A stretch of 52,403 bases of DNA, counting the filler, from Sphacelaria rigidula (Eukaryota), in the NCBI GenBank assembly GCA_964200075.2. It is 4 parts of 4 records of this genome, joined end to end, with 100 filler letters (N's around TTAATTAATTAA, not from the genome) between each part and the next. Parts side by side here need not be neighbours in the genome. Positions count along the whole stretch, not along the records: positions 26,256 to 39,281 come from CAXNAA020003222.1; positions 39,382 to 52,403 come from CAXNAA020003223.1; 2 more parts are not named here. One strand, written 5' to 3'. Below, piece by piece: positions 35,460-49,557 of the stretch. Position 1 is the stretch's first letter, and each line of letters begins with the position of its first letter. The position numbers and the translations under genes were made by a program. The notes under the pieces are model-generated. The model saw nothing but the letters and a program-made list of their open reading frames with translations, ran no database searches and had not been told where the DNA came from.

Positions 35460-38183
35460 TCCTAACGTACGTTCTCACGCTTTCATGGACGGAATCAGAA
35501 ATCATTGAAAGCAGAACCCCAAACGCGTCTGGTGGAAATCGAACACCCTGATGGTCTCATTAGTACCCATAGACCACAGGGACGCAGCGACGCGGAGAAG
35601 AATTTGAAAAACAAAACCGGGTAAAAACAGACACGGTATATCGTGCCTGTCCCAACCCGAGCTTCGCAGTCCGCAACATTGACATTAGGCCATCACCATC
35701 ACTCATGACACAGAACGCGTACTCGATTTGCAGCGGTTCGCCTGTGCTGTTGTATAAGCAGAAGTCCGCTCGGCAGCAATGATGAGAAGATGTTCACACC
35801 CTGGACGATAGAATACACAGACAAAAAGTGTACTGCGTACAGTATCGACCATTGCGCCTATTGCAACAGATAATAGATTCCATACTGTACGCAGTACATT
35901 TTTTACGATAGAATCCATTCTCTGGGGTATGATGATATTCCATGCACACACAATTTGGACTCTGGAAAAACAAGAGTACTGTAATATGCCACAAGGCAAA
36001 CTATAGTGGAGAGTTTCGGAAGCTATTTTCTCGCACTTCAGGATCAGGACGGAAGGGGGAAAAGCCAGTAACGGCACAAAATTCCATCCTGAAGAAAAGT
36101 TCAGGACCGAACCCCTCTTTTTTTAGCACTTCGTCCTCAAATTTGAAGTGCCGCTTCAGAGCTCAGGATCGAACCAAGAGGGATCACCACCGCTCCCCCA
36201 CTAGCACACTGTCACAGGCAGGTCACACTCAAAATAACTCAAGAAGTAACGGTGAGGCATCGAACACAAAGTAGCAACGTTTGACATCTCAGACAGGGGA
36301 CCCTTCCTGCCGCTGCCATGGTATCAACACTCGCTTGGTTGTGCTGCGTGAAATACAACTGCTCGGTGCCAACAAGACGTTGCCTTGGGTTACAGCACCA
36401 GCCTCGTGTATGTTCAGCTGAAAGAAGACGGTGTGAACCATTCGTAGCAGTCCGTACCGATGATGTGATAGTACCTACTGTTACACGCATTGCTCCGTGG
36501 CTCCCAAGGTACATGGACAGTTTGGCAATCTCCAGAGGCCACCTTACAAAATTCCGTAAACAACGCTTGGTACTATGGAGATGCCGCCAACCCTAACCCT
36601 AACCCCGACCAGGGCATACCGAGTACCCTCGGGCAAGGGGGGTGCAGACTGTTTCCTAAGCAAAGCGTGCGTTGTCAGAGCTCAAATCGACGCCTATGAG
36701 CCGATCTTGGACGAAAACACGTTCTGGACGAGCTGACTCTGCTGCTAACCATTGCTCACCGGGCCCAAACCATAACGTATCTCATAACTTTCTTCATTCT
36801 GAAATCAAGTGAAATCGAGTACCAACCATTGTTTACGGACATTTATTTAGGTCTACTGATTCTCCAAGAGTGGGCTACGTTAGCCGTCACCCGAGGAACC
36901 TTCCTCGTGGCTAGAAGTTTCCCATAGACAGGACCCGTGGGTCTGACTGGTTCTAGGTAGAACCATTCGGCATGCTCGGTTCGCATAACTGGGACTCGCA
37001 TACCGTACAATAATGATATGCTGTCTGAACTAGAGACTCGCCACTATGCAGTGCCGTGCTGACTTCTACATTTTTTTTCCAACTGGACGGTTTATGGCAT
37101 ATTCGCTGGGACAACCTGCGGTCGATCACTGCCAACAGTAAAGTAATGCCAAGCCACATCCCGTCACCCTTCCGTCATAAAAACATCAGCTTCGATCGTG
37201 AAGTTTTTTGAAAACTTGCATCCTGAAGTTTTCGCGTGTCCTGATTCTGAGACACATGTTGAAATTTTCCGAAGCTCTCCATTCAAAACTCAAAAACAAG
37301 AGCCACCGGCATAGCATGTATCATATGCTCGAGTCTGAGGGTATCATCATCAACTACCATGAAAGCCTTGAAAAATGCCTGGCGGATTATCGCTTGTCTT
37401 ATTTCCTCACGCCTCTGCCCGAGTGTTGATAGTTCTTCCAAATCTACTGTAGGTGTGTATGTAGCATAGCATCATCCAATGTCACGGAGCACATCCTTTA
37501 CGCGGTGGAGTCGTAGTCTCCGCTGTCGTCCATGGGGTTATCTAGAAACCGAGAACATAACAATCAATGTGCAATTGGTTATCGAGCGTGTGTACTCTTG
37601 GAGGGAATTCATTTTTTCGATCAAGGGGTGTGAGTATTACACCACATCCTGTAGTTTCTAGTGCGCGGATGCCGTGAAGTTTCTCCACAATCAATCCTTT
37701 GAATTAGTCTGGACGCGCCTGCGCGGGAATGCCCAAACCCTCCATTTCTTGAAGAAAAGATGTCCATAAGAAAGCGCGAGTAATCGCGTGCGGTTTGTTG
37801 CCTCGTGCGCGCTTACTTGAGAATGCGTTAATGACGTCAGTAAACGCTAGGTTGGCGAATGTCATAAAAACAAATTGCATAAGCAAATCCAAACAATATG
37901 ACAGCATACGGAACACCTCGAGGAAGAGGCCTGTCCAGGAGATTTACTCAACTCTACCCCCCGCTGCGTTTTCATTCATGTAAAAAATAAAAAATAAGCT
38001 CTGCAGTGAAATCAAGCGCATAGGAAATTTCGGGTCATGCCGACTTTCGTAAACAAACGAGAAACGGCATTAGTTTTGATCGTTGAGACGGTCAAAGGTG
38101 ATCGATGAGTTGGATCATGGCGATACCAAGCTAACTGTATAGAGCGTTACTGTAAGTGTGAAAGCGCGACTATGACCCGTGGC

Positions 38184-38216
38184 AAGAACAACAACAAGAA
38201 CTACTACAACAAGAAC

Positions 38217-38249
<33 letters not shown>

Positions 38250-38257
38250 TACTACTG

Positions 38258-38308
<51 letters not shown>

Positions 38309-38330
38309 AACAACGACGGCGACAACTACC
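38184..38330. repeat. (AAC)n/(TAC)n microsatellite
   Basis: Compound trinucleotide run. Confidence 0.95.
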
Positions 38331-39119
38331 GCGACCACCCGTAAATCACAGGCATGATCAACTATCTTCTGACCACGAGTGGGTTCCTCGGAGGTCACCT
38401 GACGTGCGACAATCAATACGTGAAAAAAACTTACCTTGCAAAAATGTCACAGCACGGACTACCCCGAAGAGTGTTGCAAAGGCTGCACCCAGAGGGCGTC
38501 CACCCCCGCCTCTCATGTTCCCCCTCCCCCAGCTCAGTGCGACAGCGGGTAGTCGATCCGTCTACCCAGTCAGCGCGACACACCGACCCCGTCACCGTGA
38601 TCGGCTCGTTCAGCTTCACGAACCCGCCCGTCTCTCGCGGAAAGTGGCGATGGTGCGCCAGAACCGGCGGCAGGGTTCCTTTCCACGAAGAAGATCGCTT
38701 CTTCGTCCGCACACAGACAAAACAGCGGGGCAAAAGGTCAAAACCCAGTGAGGAGGTTAATCAACAGTAAGAGAAGCCGAAATGAGGAGCATCGGGGAAG
38801 ATGATGCGGGGGGAGGGGTGTGTAAGGAAGAATATCCAACCCCGAAAATAAGCCCATAGTCCGACTGAAGACATCAATCGGGCTGTAGACTCCGTGGTAA
38901 CAAACCAGTCATGCGACTCATGATCAAGAGATATATCATCAACCAAGACCAAGGAAGACATCGCCTCAATTCGCGGACTACAGACATGTCAGAATTTAGG
39001 CATCATGGAGCCTCAGAACAGGTAACACACCTTTGACATGCTCAGTACAGTAAGTGTATGACAGCTGCAGCACACGAGCCATAAAATGATCGCCACACAC
39101 ACACACACACACACTGATC

Positions 39120-39281
39120 GTATTACGTTGTGTTTAAATGGTGAGGCACCCAAGAGGCAGTGTATAAGCCGTGGCTGTCTCTGAAAGTGGCGATGCCACA
39201 AAATAAAGCAACTCATTCGAGGCTGTCATCCGAATGCAAGAGAATCAGTAGGCCTCGGGCCGAACAATCTTAGCAGGATGC
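39120..39281 (-). repeat. Repeat family R (contig end)
   Basis: Reverse complement of ~13160-13325. Confidence 0.85.
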
Positions 39282-39381
39282 NNNNNNNNNNNNNNNNNNN
39301 NNNNNNNNNNNNNNNNNNNNNNNNNTTAATTAATTAANNNNNNNNNNNNNNNNNNNNNNNNNNNNNNNNNNNNNNNNNNNN
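39282..39381. other. Artificial contig linker
   Basis: N44-TTAATTAATTAA-N44. Confidence 0.99.
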
Positions 39382-40623
39382 GTGTACATCTGCTGTAGCA
39401 AGCAGTATGGGTCGCGTTAGAGAGCTTCCAACAGGATGCGGCGACCGGCGGGCCGCCTGCCACTTGTGGCTTTGGATGATAACTTTTGTCCCCATCACCT
39501 TGCTTCACAGCCCTTTGTGGTCGGGGTGGGCCGCCATTTCCCTCTTCGTTGCATGCGACGAATTCTCTTCGGACGGTATCAGCGTTGCGGCGCGCATACA
39601 TACAACAATATAGTACAGTACAGTGTAGCACGCGTCTCCGACTGAAGCAGCAGCTGCCGCTGCATACTCCCTCGCACGTTCTTGGCAATTCTCAGCTACC
39701 GAGATCAACTGCCTACATACCGCTTCTTTTTCCCGCCCACCACATATACGTTAACTGCAAACTGCAAGTCATCGGCAGAGGTATAAGCAGAATCCATGAC
39801 GGTAGCTCCTTTAGTCTTTCCACCGCCCAGCTGGGTTTAGTGCCTCGTGAAAATGACCACATTGTAGCACGTCCACTCCTTCCCGGTTTTTCCTGTCGAT
39901 CCTGTACTAGTGTGTAACTACTACGTTTTAGTATAAAATTGTGACCCCAAAAAAAACACCGGAAAACTCGGGAACGCTGTACTGAGGGCAAGTAAAATCA
40001 TATAACCAAATTCCGACCCCCCTGCACTTGTAAACCCGGGAATGCTTATCTGGGTCAGGGATTAGGATCCCCACACGATCTTTGCAGTGACATCACACTC
40101 GCCAACAATCCCCGCGCTGGTCGTTCAGGTCTGGTCGCTGAATTTCGCCTCGCCGTGATTGGGCAGGTCGCTCGAAGACTTATTTCTAATTATTTCACCA
40201 ACACAGGGTCAATCCTGTGTTAGTGGGGGGTCGGTCCCTAAAGAGTTAAAAACACAGTTATGCCCATGAATGGGGCCCCATTTTGGGCGCTATATACCGG
40301 GAAAATGGATCGACCAACTACACATTCAGTTGAATCCAAAAGAAATGAACCCTAAATGAGCCAATCAGAATCAATCACGCGTCACTCGAAATGACGACGG
40401 CACTCACACGAAATGTACTATTGCTATAGCACACTCTACAGCACACCTGTGACTGACGTTGCTGTACACAAGGTTACAACAGGAGGATACTGTAGAAGCT
40501 GCTGCTCGTGTTGTTGTTGTGCCCCTCTTGTTGCAGTATGTTGTTTGTGCTTATCTTTCAACGCTATTTTCCCGGCAACGGAGCAGAGAATTGGACTTCG
40601 GTTTGATGCATGCGCTTCCCATA

Positions 40624-40811
40624 CACCAGAACTATTCAGTGTGGCAGCAGGTTTCCGTAACGCGTGCCGCGGAGGCTGCAGGCAGCACTTTGCAAAGCGC
40701 TGCACCGAACACGAAATGTACCGAAAACGCCTATACTCCAACGCTATGGGGCTTTTCGGATCCGCTGTGGCGAATTGAGCAACTTCGCCGCCACACTGAA
40801 TAGGTCTGGTG
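40624..40811. mobile_element. Tc1/mariner-like MITE, ~188 bp
   Basis: TA|CACCAGAACTATTCAGTGTGGCAGC matches the right-end reverse complement CACCAGACCTATTCAGTGTGGCGGC. The right flank is TG. Confidence 0.75.
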
Positions 40812-41194
40812 TGTGTGCGGGTGGCTGTGAAGTGCCACAGGCCGGTTTGCTTCCTGTCTCGAGAACTATGCGATGGAAAAATTACAGCTGTCGTATACTA
40901 GAGCTAGGTAACTTGGGATGGAGCGTGTGTTTTATACGGCAGAGATCCGGCACAGGTCCGAGTAGTCCATGACGTCTTCAATACATCTTCAATATCCTTC
41001 CGCGTTTATTTTATATTTTGTGGGCAACGGATTTTTGGTGGGTAAGGCATTCAGTCACGGGCATAACAGTATGGCTTGTGCATTCAGAGCCCATCGTTCA
41101 TGGTTCGCAGTACATGCGATTTTGTCCCTGCAGAAGATGGAGTCGCCGTGGAACAATTCAGTTTTAAGACTGATTGGTTTTTGATCGATTGTCG

Positions 41195-41470
41195 AACTTT
41201 AACTGACCCCCCAGGTAGTCATGATCCAGCCGTGGTCACATGATGGACGTATCCAAGGAAAATCAAACTGAAACACTCGCTGAAGAACAAGAAGGAACAG
41301 AAGAAGTCGAAGAGAACGACATGGTAGACGGAGACGTGAAAACAAGAAAAGTCAACAAAAGTAAAGCACAGAAAAAAATGGCCGATCTCAAGCAAAAAAG
41401 AGGGAAAAAAGAAAAGAGCAGGACATATCATGAAAAAAGAAAGAATGAAAAAAGACAAAAGCCCACAGGA
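41195..41470 (+). repeat. Purine/A-rich dispersed repeat
   Basis: Homologous to 24960-25260. Confidence 0.75.
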
Positions 41471-43574
41471 TTCAGGGCAGCAGAGTAGATAAAGACACAC
41501 ACCAGTGGGCACCGCAGAGCCGCCGACTAAGGACATAATCAACAACCGATATGAACAGACAGGATTCTTCGATTGAGCAAGGAGCCATTCATTTACAAAA
41601 TTTCTCTTTCGGCCAAACAATGCAAGGATGCAAGGAGAAGAAGCAAAGCAAGGTTACTCAACGTGAGCAAATGTGACGTTTTCACGATATGTTACTCTGT
41701 AGCCGTGTATAAGCGTTATACACTACATACAGCTTACAGCTTCCGATCACGTGTCCTCTGTTGTTGAGAAAAACTTGAGATGATCAAGCAGCGAGGATCT
41801 TGCATACAGACAGCAAGCGAGAGATGGGTCTGTCCCGTGGGGCTAAGGAGTTGTCCGCAAGAAGAGAGTTGACATGAACAGAAACAACAATTCAAATGGA
41901 CTAGTTTCAGCTCTTTAACCGGGGAAGAAGCAGCTGAGACCACTTCTGCTTGTAAGAAAACATACCCCGCACGAAATTTCTTGTCTTTCCTCGTTATTCC
42001 CTTGGGAATCCCACGTTATGGGGTCATTTTTCACTTTTGAAAGAAAGTGCATACAATTTTTGCCGCGGCAAAAACTCATCCCTGACTCCCAAAAGTGCTG
42101 ATCAAAAGTGCATCCCTCTACGCATTGATAGCGTCGCCCAGTGGCATAGCTCAGTCATTGATGCCTTCGTCAACAACAAACGTGGAATACACAAAAGACA
42201 TCATGCTACGCCGGTGATCGGAAACACACGAATGTCGTGCACTCCTGGGACTGCGGAAACGACACTCTTGCTTTGAGCTGTCGAAGGAACCGTGAGAGAT
42301 CGCCGGGAACCTCCTTGTGCACAGCATGAACTCGGAGGCAGTGCTGCCCGAGATGAAAAAAAGTACAGCATACTCATTGCAGTACGTTTGAAACCCTATG
42401 TTCGGTTTTCGCAGCCGGACGAAAGCTGATGCGGATTGCCGTAGCTCCGGTAGCAATGGATATCTGCAGAATCGGCACTATCTTCACCTGAGATGTGAAT
42501 TTGATACCCATATCGCCCACCCTCCAATCAAACGATCAAACCCTTGACGGCCACGGGTGGACATCGGTTGAATGAACCCAATTTTCACTTGAAAAATGAG
42601 TAAAGGACTCAGATGTCCTATACCCTGGAGGTCAAATGGTTATTCGGCAAGAAATTTCGTGTCATTTTTAATCGGAAGCCTTGCTTCCCGTACATTATCG
42701 GCCGTTGCCGGTAAGTCAAACATACTAACATCGTGCATTCCTCGCGACAGGAAGGCTGTGGGGTATCTGCCTGGCTGTTACCGAATCACCTCCCCCTCTC
42801 ATTTTTTTCTTTCTGAACAGCAGAAACAGCAAGGATGACTCGAATACACAGCTCGATTGATGCGCGAAAATCGAAATATTACCTATTGCTGCTGCCATAT
42901 TATGGGCCGCTACGGTTGCCACGATGATTAAATGTAAGCTACTGGGCGGATTCTCAGATGGATGGTCTCTCCAACAATACTCCGTCTATCAAGTATCTTA
43001 CACTATCCATCAGAAGGCCATGAAACCGACAGCCGACGTGTCGGCGCAGTACTGCGTCTACTGAAACGTGTACGTCAAGGTGTATTGAACCGAGAGTACT
43101 GCAGTCTGTTGTGTCGACTGAATTGTACCGTTATCACGGGAAGCAACGTATGCTGTCTGATTCATGAGCACGAGACTACAGACTGCGTGCCTGCTTTCAT
43201 TCATGGTGGGGTCTGATGGTTGAGCGGACGTCGTTGAGTTGAAAGTCGCTAGGTTTGCACAGCAGTGAAAAACGACCGCTAGTTTTCTGGTGTAGTGATG
43301 AAACATTACACTGTAGTCCACCCCTGAACCAAATGCAATTCGTATGTGCCCCTAGCGAAGCTACACATTCATTGTAAAATATTTTATTGGCGAGTGCTCG
43401 AGTCTTGGAGAGCGACCAGGCACGATTTTTGTTCCCGCAGAGCAGTTTCGAGCCAAGGGCATAATCGGAATACTATCTGAAAAAAAATCCTTAAGGCGCC
43501 CAGAAAACGTTCCGGCCGTTCCCGGCGACTCGGACGTAGGAACGCAGTGGAGCAAGTTCGGGGGCATCACATGC

Positions 43575-43931
43575 CGCCTGTGTGTGTTGTCGTCCCATCT
43601 ATTCTGGACGCCAGTCTACACCTTTCGGTATATGTGGGCGCACCAGCCGGGCTCACACAGGAGGAAAGTCAACACGGAAGTTTTCATCTTATATTTGTTT
43701 TAGGTCTCCACCTTCCTTCTGCGGTGCTTGCCTTTATTTATTATCGCGATAGGGGTTCAGTAGTCCCTTTCCCTCGTCGACCGTGAAGTCGAATTTTGCG
43801 TACCCACGACATGGTCGTTCTCCACCATTGGGCATTGTGTGACATAAAATCCCAGATCGCACCGAGATTCGAGCCCACGACCCAGCCGTCAGAAGGTTTC
43901 GAGGTTACCAACTGAGACGCCGAGGCTACCG
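43575..43931 (-). mobile_element. tRNA-derived SINE
   Basis: Reverse complement of 3339-3705. The A/B boxes are at 43860-43925. Confidence 0.85.
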
Positions 43932-44153
43932 TTTCCCTGCAGCGAGATATCCAGCATCAACGTGGCCCTTCTAACTTGCACATAGTGGGTTTCGAAGCAT
44001 ATCGAAACAGACACCCCACTCCGGACAGGAGATAATGACGAGCGAACATCGTCGTGAAAGAAGAATCATACTCGTCCATCTCAAAGTGTTGGTAGGTAAC
44101 ACAGTGTCTGTTCGCTGCATATCTTCTTCCCGTCGGACTCACAAACAAAGCAG

Positions 44154-47100
44154 GCCATGGTGTCGAAAGGGCACCCACCAACTCAACGAACAGCTGGCGC
44201 CTTCCTGAGTGCCCTCAAACTTTCCCGGAGAACAGATCGCTGTGTCGCTGCGTTTCGCGAGATGATGGACGTTGGAGTCGACCTTGGCAATACTTGCTTC
44301 AACATTGTCATGTCGGCTCTGGTCCAGGTAGGCCTCAAGATCAGTTTTTCAGTTCAGTAGTCAGTGGCGTCGCCTGCAACTGACCTTTGGGTACCCGGTG
44401 CAAATGCTTTTATAGTGACTGCGTCGGATCGTATTCCTGTTTGTTACTTACCGTGCGTTTGTTTGTGTCCGGGAGCAAATTAGTACTGTAGTCATGATTC
44501 CATCAGGAATGCTGGGTGCGCAGGCACGCTTCTACTTCCGCCGCAGCTCAAGCTGCTCCTTGTCCTTGCTTTGTGCCCCAGAATGGGGATTTCCAGGGTG
44601 GCATGGACATGCTTGAAAGTGCGACGACCAAGTGGGGAGTAACTCCTGACGTTTACACGTAAGTGCTCGATCAACCGTAGTCCATGACAAGGGGGTAATG
44701 TTTGTATTCTGTCGTGAACGTGTGTGCCCTCATGCCCTCATCGTGCGATATTCGAACTGCTGACGATCTTGAATGCTCTTGGACACACGATGATTCATTT
44801 GTCGTTTTGTTATCGATAACGCTAGCATGATGGTACTACACTCTAGAGTCAGCTTCACACGAGGAGTTTAGTCCGCGCGGCAGATGTCTGGGACACAGCC
44901 AGTACGAGTATATCCTAAGGTGCGATGCGTGTCCCTCTAGTCACAACCTGGGATTTACCGAAATATATCGTGCGCCGTATGATTGATCTTGAGGGATTCG
45001 AAGATGGTGTCCGTAGACGGCGAGCACTCAAACAACACGAGCAGTACCCTTGGTGTAGTTTCAGAGTTTTGTATCTCACATTCTCACGTGAAGAAACCAC
45101 GTCAGGACGGGCGAGTGCCGCCGTATGTTTTTCGGTATTATGAACAGTCAGGCACTCGGTGGTGTCGTGCGTTTTGTGGAAGGGGCACAGGGTGAGAAAG
45201 GCTGCGGTTAATCACCCGATCCTTCATGCCGCGACTCTGGCAGATTGCTGATATTTTTTACTCACGTCGATAGTTGCGCTTGGAAGAGGTGTACTCTGTT
45301 ATGTAAGACCTGTCCAACGCGAGCGACTTGTGCATCGGCCTTGCATTCCGTTGTGAGTGATACGAAAACAATGTGGCACCGAAAGTTGAAGCTTTCACTA
45401 CAAAGTATTGTTCGATCCCGACGGTGTTTGTACTAACATGCACCTCTAGGGTACGAGCTGACCAACCTTTTGAAGCCTTGCGTGGCCAAATCGTATGGTG
45501 AACCCCCCTGAATGAAAGGTTCAACGTCTTCCTGGGCGCAGCATCGAAACACGACACTGAATCGATTGCAGCTGCGGCAGCTAAGGCGCAGATTCTAATG
45601 AAGCAGTGGGGTGTGGCACCGGATAGGATCACAATCAACGCTGAGATCGATAGAGCCATCAAGCGAGGGCGACTGGAAGAAGCTGTGGATATTTTCGAAA
45701 AAATGCTAAATGGGGTAAGCGTCACACGCCTCGGTTTTGATCTCGCCAACTCAGTGTTGCCTTGGCATCGTGTTCGTCGTGTCAATCACTCAAATGCACT
45801 TCGGATAACTCGTGTACTGATAACCCTTCGTTGTATGTGTTGTCATCGCGCATCTATTCCGGACACCAGTCTACACCGTTCGGTGTATGTGAACGCATCA
45901 GCCAGGGTCTCACGAGAGGGAGGTCATACGCAAAAGTTTTTTTTATTGTGTGTTTTTTTCTTTCTCCACCTTTCTTCTGTGGTGCTTGCCTCAATTTTAT
46001 CGCGACAAGGTAGTTCTTTCCCGTCGTCGATCATGAAGTGGAATTTTGTGTACCCACCACGTCGCTGCTCTCCACTGCTCGGCAGGATGTGAGACAAAGT
46101 CCGAGATCGTGTGACTTTACCGAGATTCGAACCCACGTCCCATCCGTGAGGAGGTTTCGACGGTGGCCAACCGAGCTGTCGGGGCGACCGGTCGTCTTTT
46201 ACATGGCAAAATTACCCCGGAAGCAGCTAGTGTAGCTTGCTTGCCGGTACTGCGTGGTCACATTTCTCTCGTACTCACCCAACAGTCCGATCGAGAACGA
46301 ACGCGTCTTCATCGATGATGTAATCAGAGTCGTGTCTGGTGTTGCTGTTGCTGTTGCTGTTGCTGTTGGCTACGAAAACGAAACATATTTATGGCCGTTC
46401 GTGTCGTTGTGAAACGTGTTCATCTCAACGGTGACGATTCCCATTCCCGTCCGCGTTCGCCCAGGGATTCCGTGGTGTTGTCCCCGACATCATTACGTAC
46501 AACATCGGGATATCTGCCTTCATGGCTCTAAAGCACAATGAGAGGGCTTTTGAACTTTTACAGGAGATGAACGCGCGTGGGATTCTTCCAAGAGCGGATA
46601 CGTTTAATACGATTATTACAGGGCTAACGAAGGTCCGTGTTTTCTTTTATTGTCGCGTGCTGATGAGGATAACAAGCATGTGTGGTGGTGTGTGCAGAGG
46701 GTATTACACTCCAGCCCTTGCTGATGCGATTCAATCCTTCCTGCATCATTCGCATCTGAAAGTGAGCTCAACGATTTATAGAAAATTCCCTGGCGTTTGA
46801 AGGTTCCCGACCTCATTTTCTTGCCCTTTTCTCATTGGTCTCTCCCCGGACTGACTTCGTTCGGAGCCCAGCGCCGGGCAGACGGCACCGAGCAGATACC
46901 GATAATGATACACGAAGGGCCGATAATTGACACGGCTTCCCACATGCGGCTGTTGATGTTTTCGGTAGGTCGGCGATACAACGCGAGTGATCGAAGTTTT
47001 CAACAAATACCTACGGCAGGATGAGGGTAGCGCCACGAGCAGCGTGGCTCCATCTCTCGTCACATACAATCTGGTGAGGCCTGTGGCGATCTCCGTGCCG

Positions 47101-49557
47101 ACGGCGTCGTTTGTTTCTCCACGGCGGGTATGTGTGTATCATATAACGCCATGTCCGCTCGAAAGTGTCAACTTTCTATGCATGCTTGCAATCTAGACGC
47201 AAGAAGGCTGTGGTCTGTACGTGGACTTTTTCACTTGTCTGTCATCACGTCGGCATTTTCTGCATAAGGGCTGTGAACATGGATTTCCGAATATGTTTCC
47301 GTAACAAGTGTCCCGAGTGAAGGTCGCTCGTGGGGACATGAAGTAGCGGTGCAAGGCCGTACCGAGTCATGGTTGTTTCGCACTTCCACTCACGTCTACA
47401 TCTCGTGTCGAACGTATCTTGAATCACGCGGATTCTGAGCCCGTCGAGCTCCACGTTGTGTAGGGAATCGTTGAAATGTTGCTATTCTTGTGAGCTTCCA
47501 GCGAGCCAGAAGCTATACAGGGAGCGAGAAAACCGATATGGCGGATACCCATGCCCTGGTTGTGGTGATGCAGCGGGTCCACGCGTTATCCCGCCGGCTC
47601 ACTCTTCATAGATTGCAGTGTTTATGGATCTGAGCTGGCTAGTGACAACGTTTATTTCACAGCAATGTGTTTTTCGCCCTTGCAGGTCCTCCAAGCACTC
47701 TGCCTCGAGAACGATAAAGACCAAGCCCGTCGGGTGGAGGATGAAATGAGGCGAAGGGGCATCAAGCCAGACAAGTGAGATAGGATTCGTTGTCTTGGTT
47801 GGTTTGGTGACAGCTATGGCCGTTTTTATGGGAGCACACCTCGTAAATTTGTAGAGTACCAAGTAACATTTATTCATGACGCTTTCATTCGATGTGCTAT
47901 CGCAGCCTGCGCGACTATTCAACCCCCGTCGCACAAAGAAGAAGCTAACCCCGAGGTTCCCTCTGTGGATGTGGTTCGGTGGGAACAAACCCCTCAGCGT
48001 TACCCTGGCAGCACTGGTCCGACTGCAGCACAATCGGACGGGTGTGTACCGTGTCATGGAGGAGACACGGAAGCTGCGCATCAAGCCATCACTTGCTTTC
48101 CTCAACAGCTGTATCAGAGCCCTGGCCGAACACGGTGACTTGCTTGGAGCAATCCGGGTTATGGATCGTATATGTGCCTTGGAGGACATGGCGCCTGACG
48201 CATTTTCGTACAACTCGCTCATCTACGCTCTTGTCCAAGAACCGTGGGTTTCTCGGGTAAGCTGTTTTCTGCCAAAAGAGGTGGGTGGGTAACAGGAGGT
48301 TGCCAGCTGTGGTTCGTTTCATCTCGGCGTATTCGAGCTTGCCATTATTTCGAAGGGGAGAGATACCATCAAGACGTGTGATTATTCTGTTGTTCCTCCA
48401 CTGCAAAACGCAGGCGGGCGAACGATCTAGGTCAACACCCGCTCGTCCCAGTGGCCCCGCTGGCTCATTTTTTTCATTTGTCGCACTTTGAACCCCTCCC
48501 ATTCCTCGGGATGAGTCCGTGATCTCAAGAGATCAACCCATCTCTCCCCCGGTACTGGTCCATCCATGTACATGATGCAGGTGATCAGCGGCATGTCAAG
48601 TGATGAAACATCCGATGTGTCGACTGTCAATTATGCCAGTGATGCCGTAAGTACGGCAGGAATATTAGCTGGAAGCAGCGGACCAGGAAGTGGGGACGAT
48701 GCCACATTCACCAAGCAGAACGCGCCCGCAAGAGCGGACGAAGGTCGGTCTCTACTCACTTTTGAACACGTCCGGCGAGCCGGCCGCATCAGTTGCGCTG
48801 GAGTTGAGCCTGTATTGCACCCGACGAGTTAGAGATCGGATACGTTTCTCGCGCTACTTGCGTGTGGATGGAAATTGCAGCATCCCCGTGTGTGTGCTCT
48901 ACGCTATTTCAATACACCCCGGTATGTAACACCTCTCGCTCATGTTCTCTCTCGCATGATTGACAGGAATCATGAGACGAGTAGGCGGGCTAGTTGGTGC
49001 GGATGCAGCGCTTCTTCTGCTCGAAGAAATGAAAAAATCGCGCGGGCCCGGAGCTTCTCCTGACATTTTTACGTACACCACTGTGATAACGGGCGTGGCC
49101 CGCGCAGACGTGAGTTCAACAATGCGGACCCCTCCTCAGCGAGCAGCGTTTCAGACTAGGGGCACATATACGTTTGGGTACTGCACGTGGAGACTATTTT
49201 TGACAGCGTCGAAGTTAACCTAGAGGTTCTCATGTGGTCACGACAGCGAATTCGACGCTGTGGGCCCGGCCACGGACTCTTGGTGTTTAACTTGCGCGAT
49301 TGTGTGCTGCTTGTGATGACATCAAAATGACCATGCTCCAGGACGCGCGCACGTTGAAAGGGCTTAGACCGAGATCATGGCACGCATTGGACTGCGAATC
49401 ACTGTCCACACGTGGAGGGGTACAAGACGAGACCAAAGTATTCGTGTCTGTCTCACGGAGATGCCAACAGCTTTACATGGAGGCTGTGGATCGGGGTATT
49501 CAAATTAACGGCAAAATTTGCAGCGCGGTTATGCTAGGCTTCGGAAGTGATCTTTCG
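44154..49557 (+). CDS. Pentatricopeptide repeat (P-class PPR) protein, internal exons 44154-44327, 44582-44658, 45519-45714, 46465-46632, 46969-47073, 47686-47774, 47998-48256, 48581-48743, 48967-49109, 49342-49557
   Basis: All junctions are GT-AG with matching phases. PPR motifs recur: CFNIVMSALVQ, GVTPDVYTFNVFL, GVAPDRITINAEI, VVPDIITYNIGISAF, PRADTFNTIITGL, PSLVTYNLVLQAL, APDAFSYNSLIYAL and SPDIFTYTTVITG. The 5' and 3' exons are unresolved. Confidence 0.92.
45830..46191 (-). mobile_element. tRNA-derived SINE in a PPR intron (antisense)
   Basis: Homologous to 3339-3705. The head is CCGGTCGCCCCGACAGCTCGGTTGG...GGTTCGAATCTCGG. Confidence 0.85.

Noticed and set aside
41219..41620. Hydrophobic F/L-rich and K/E-rich ORFs (also 25013-25327)
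   Set aside because: These are translations of an A-rich dispersed repeat.
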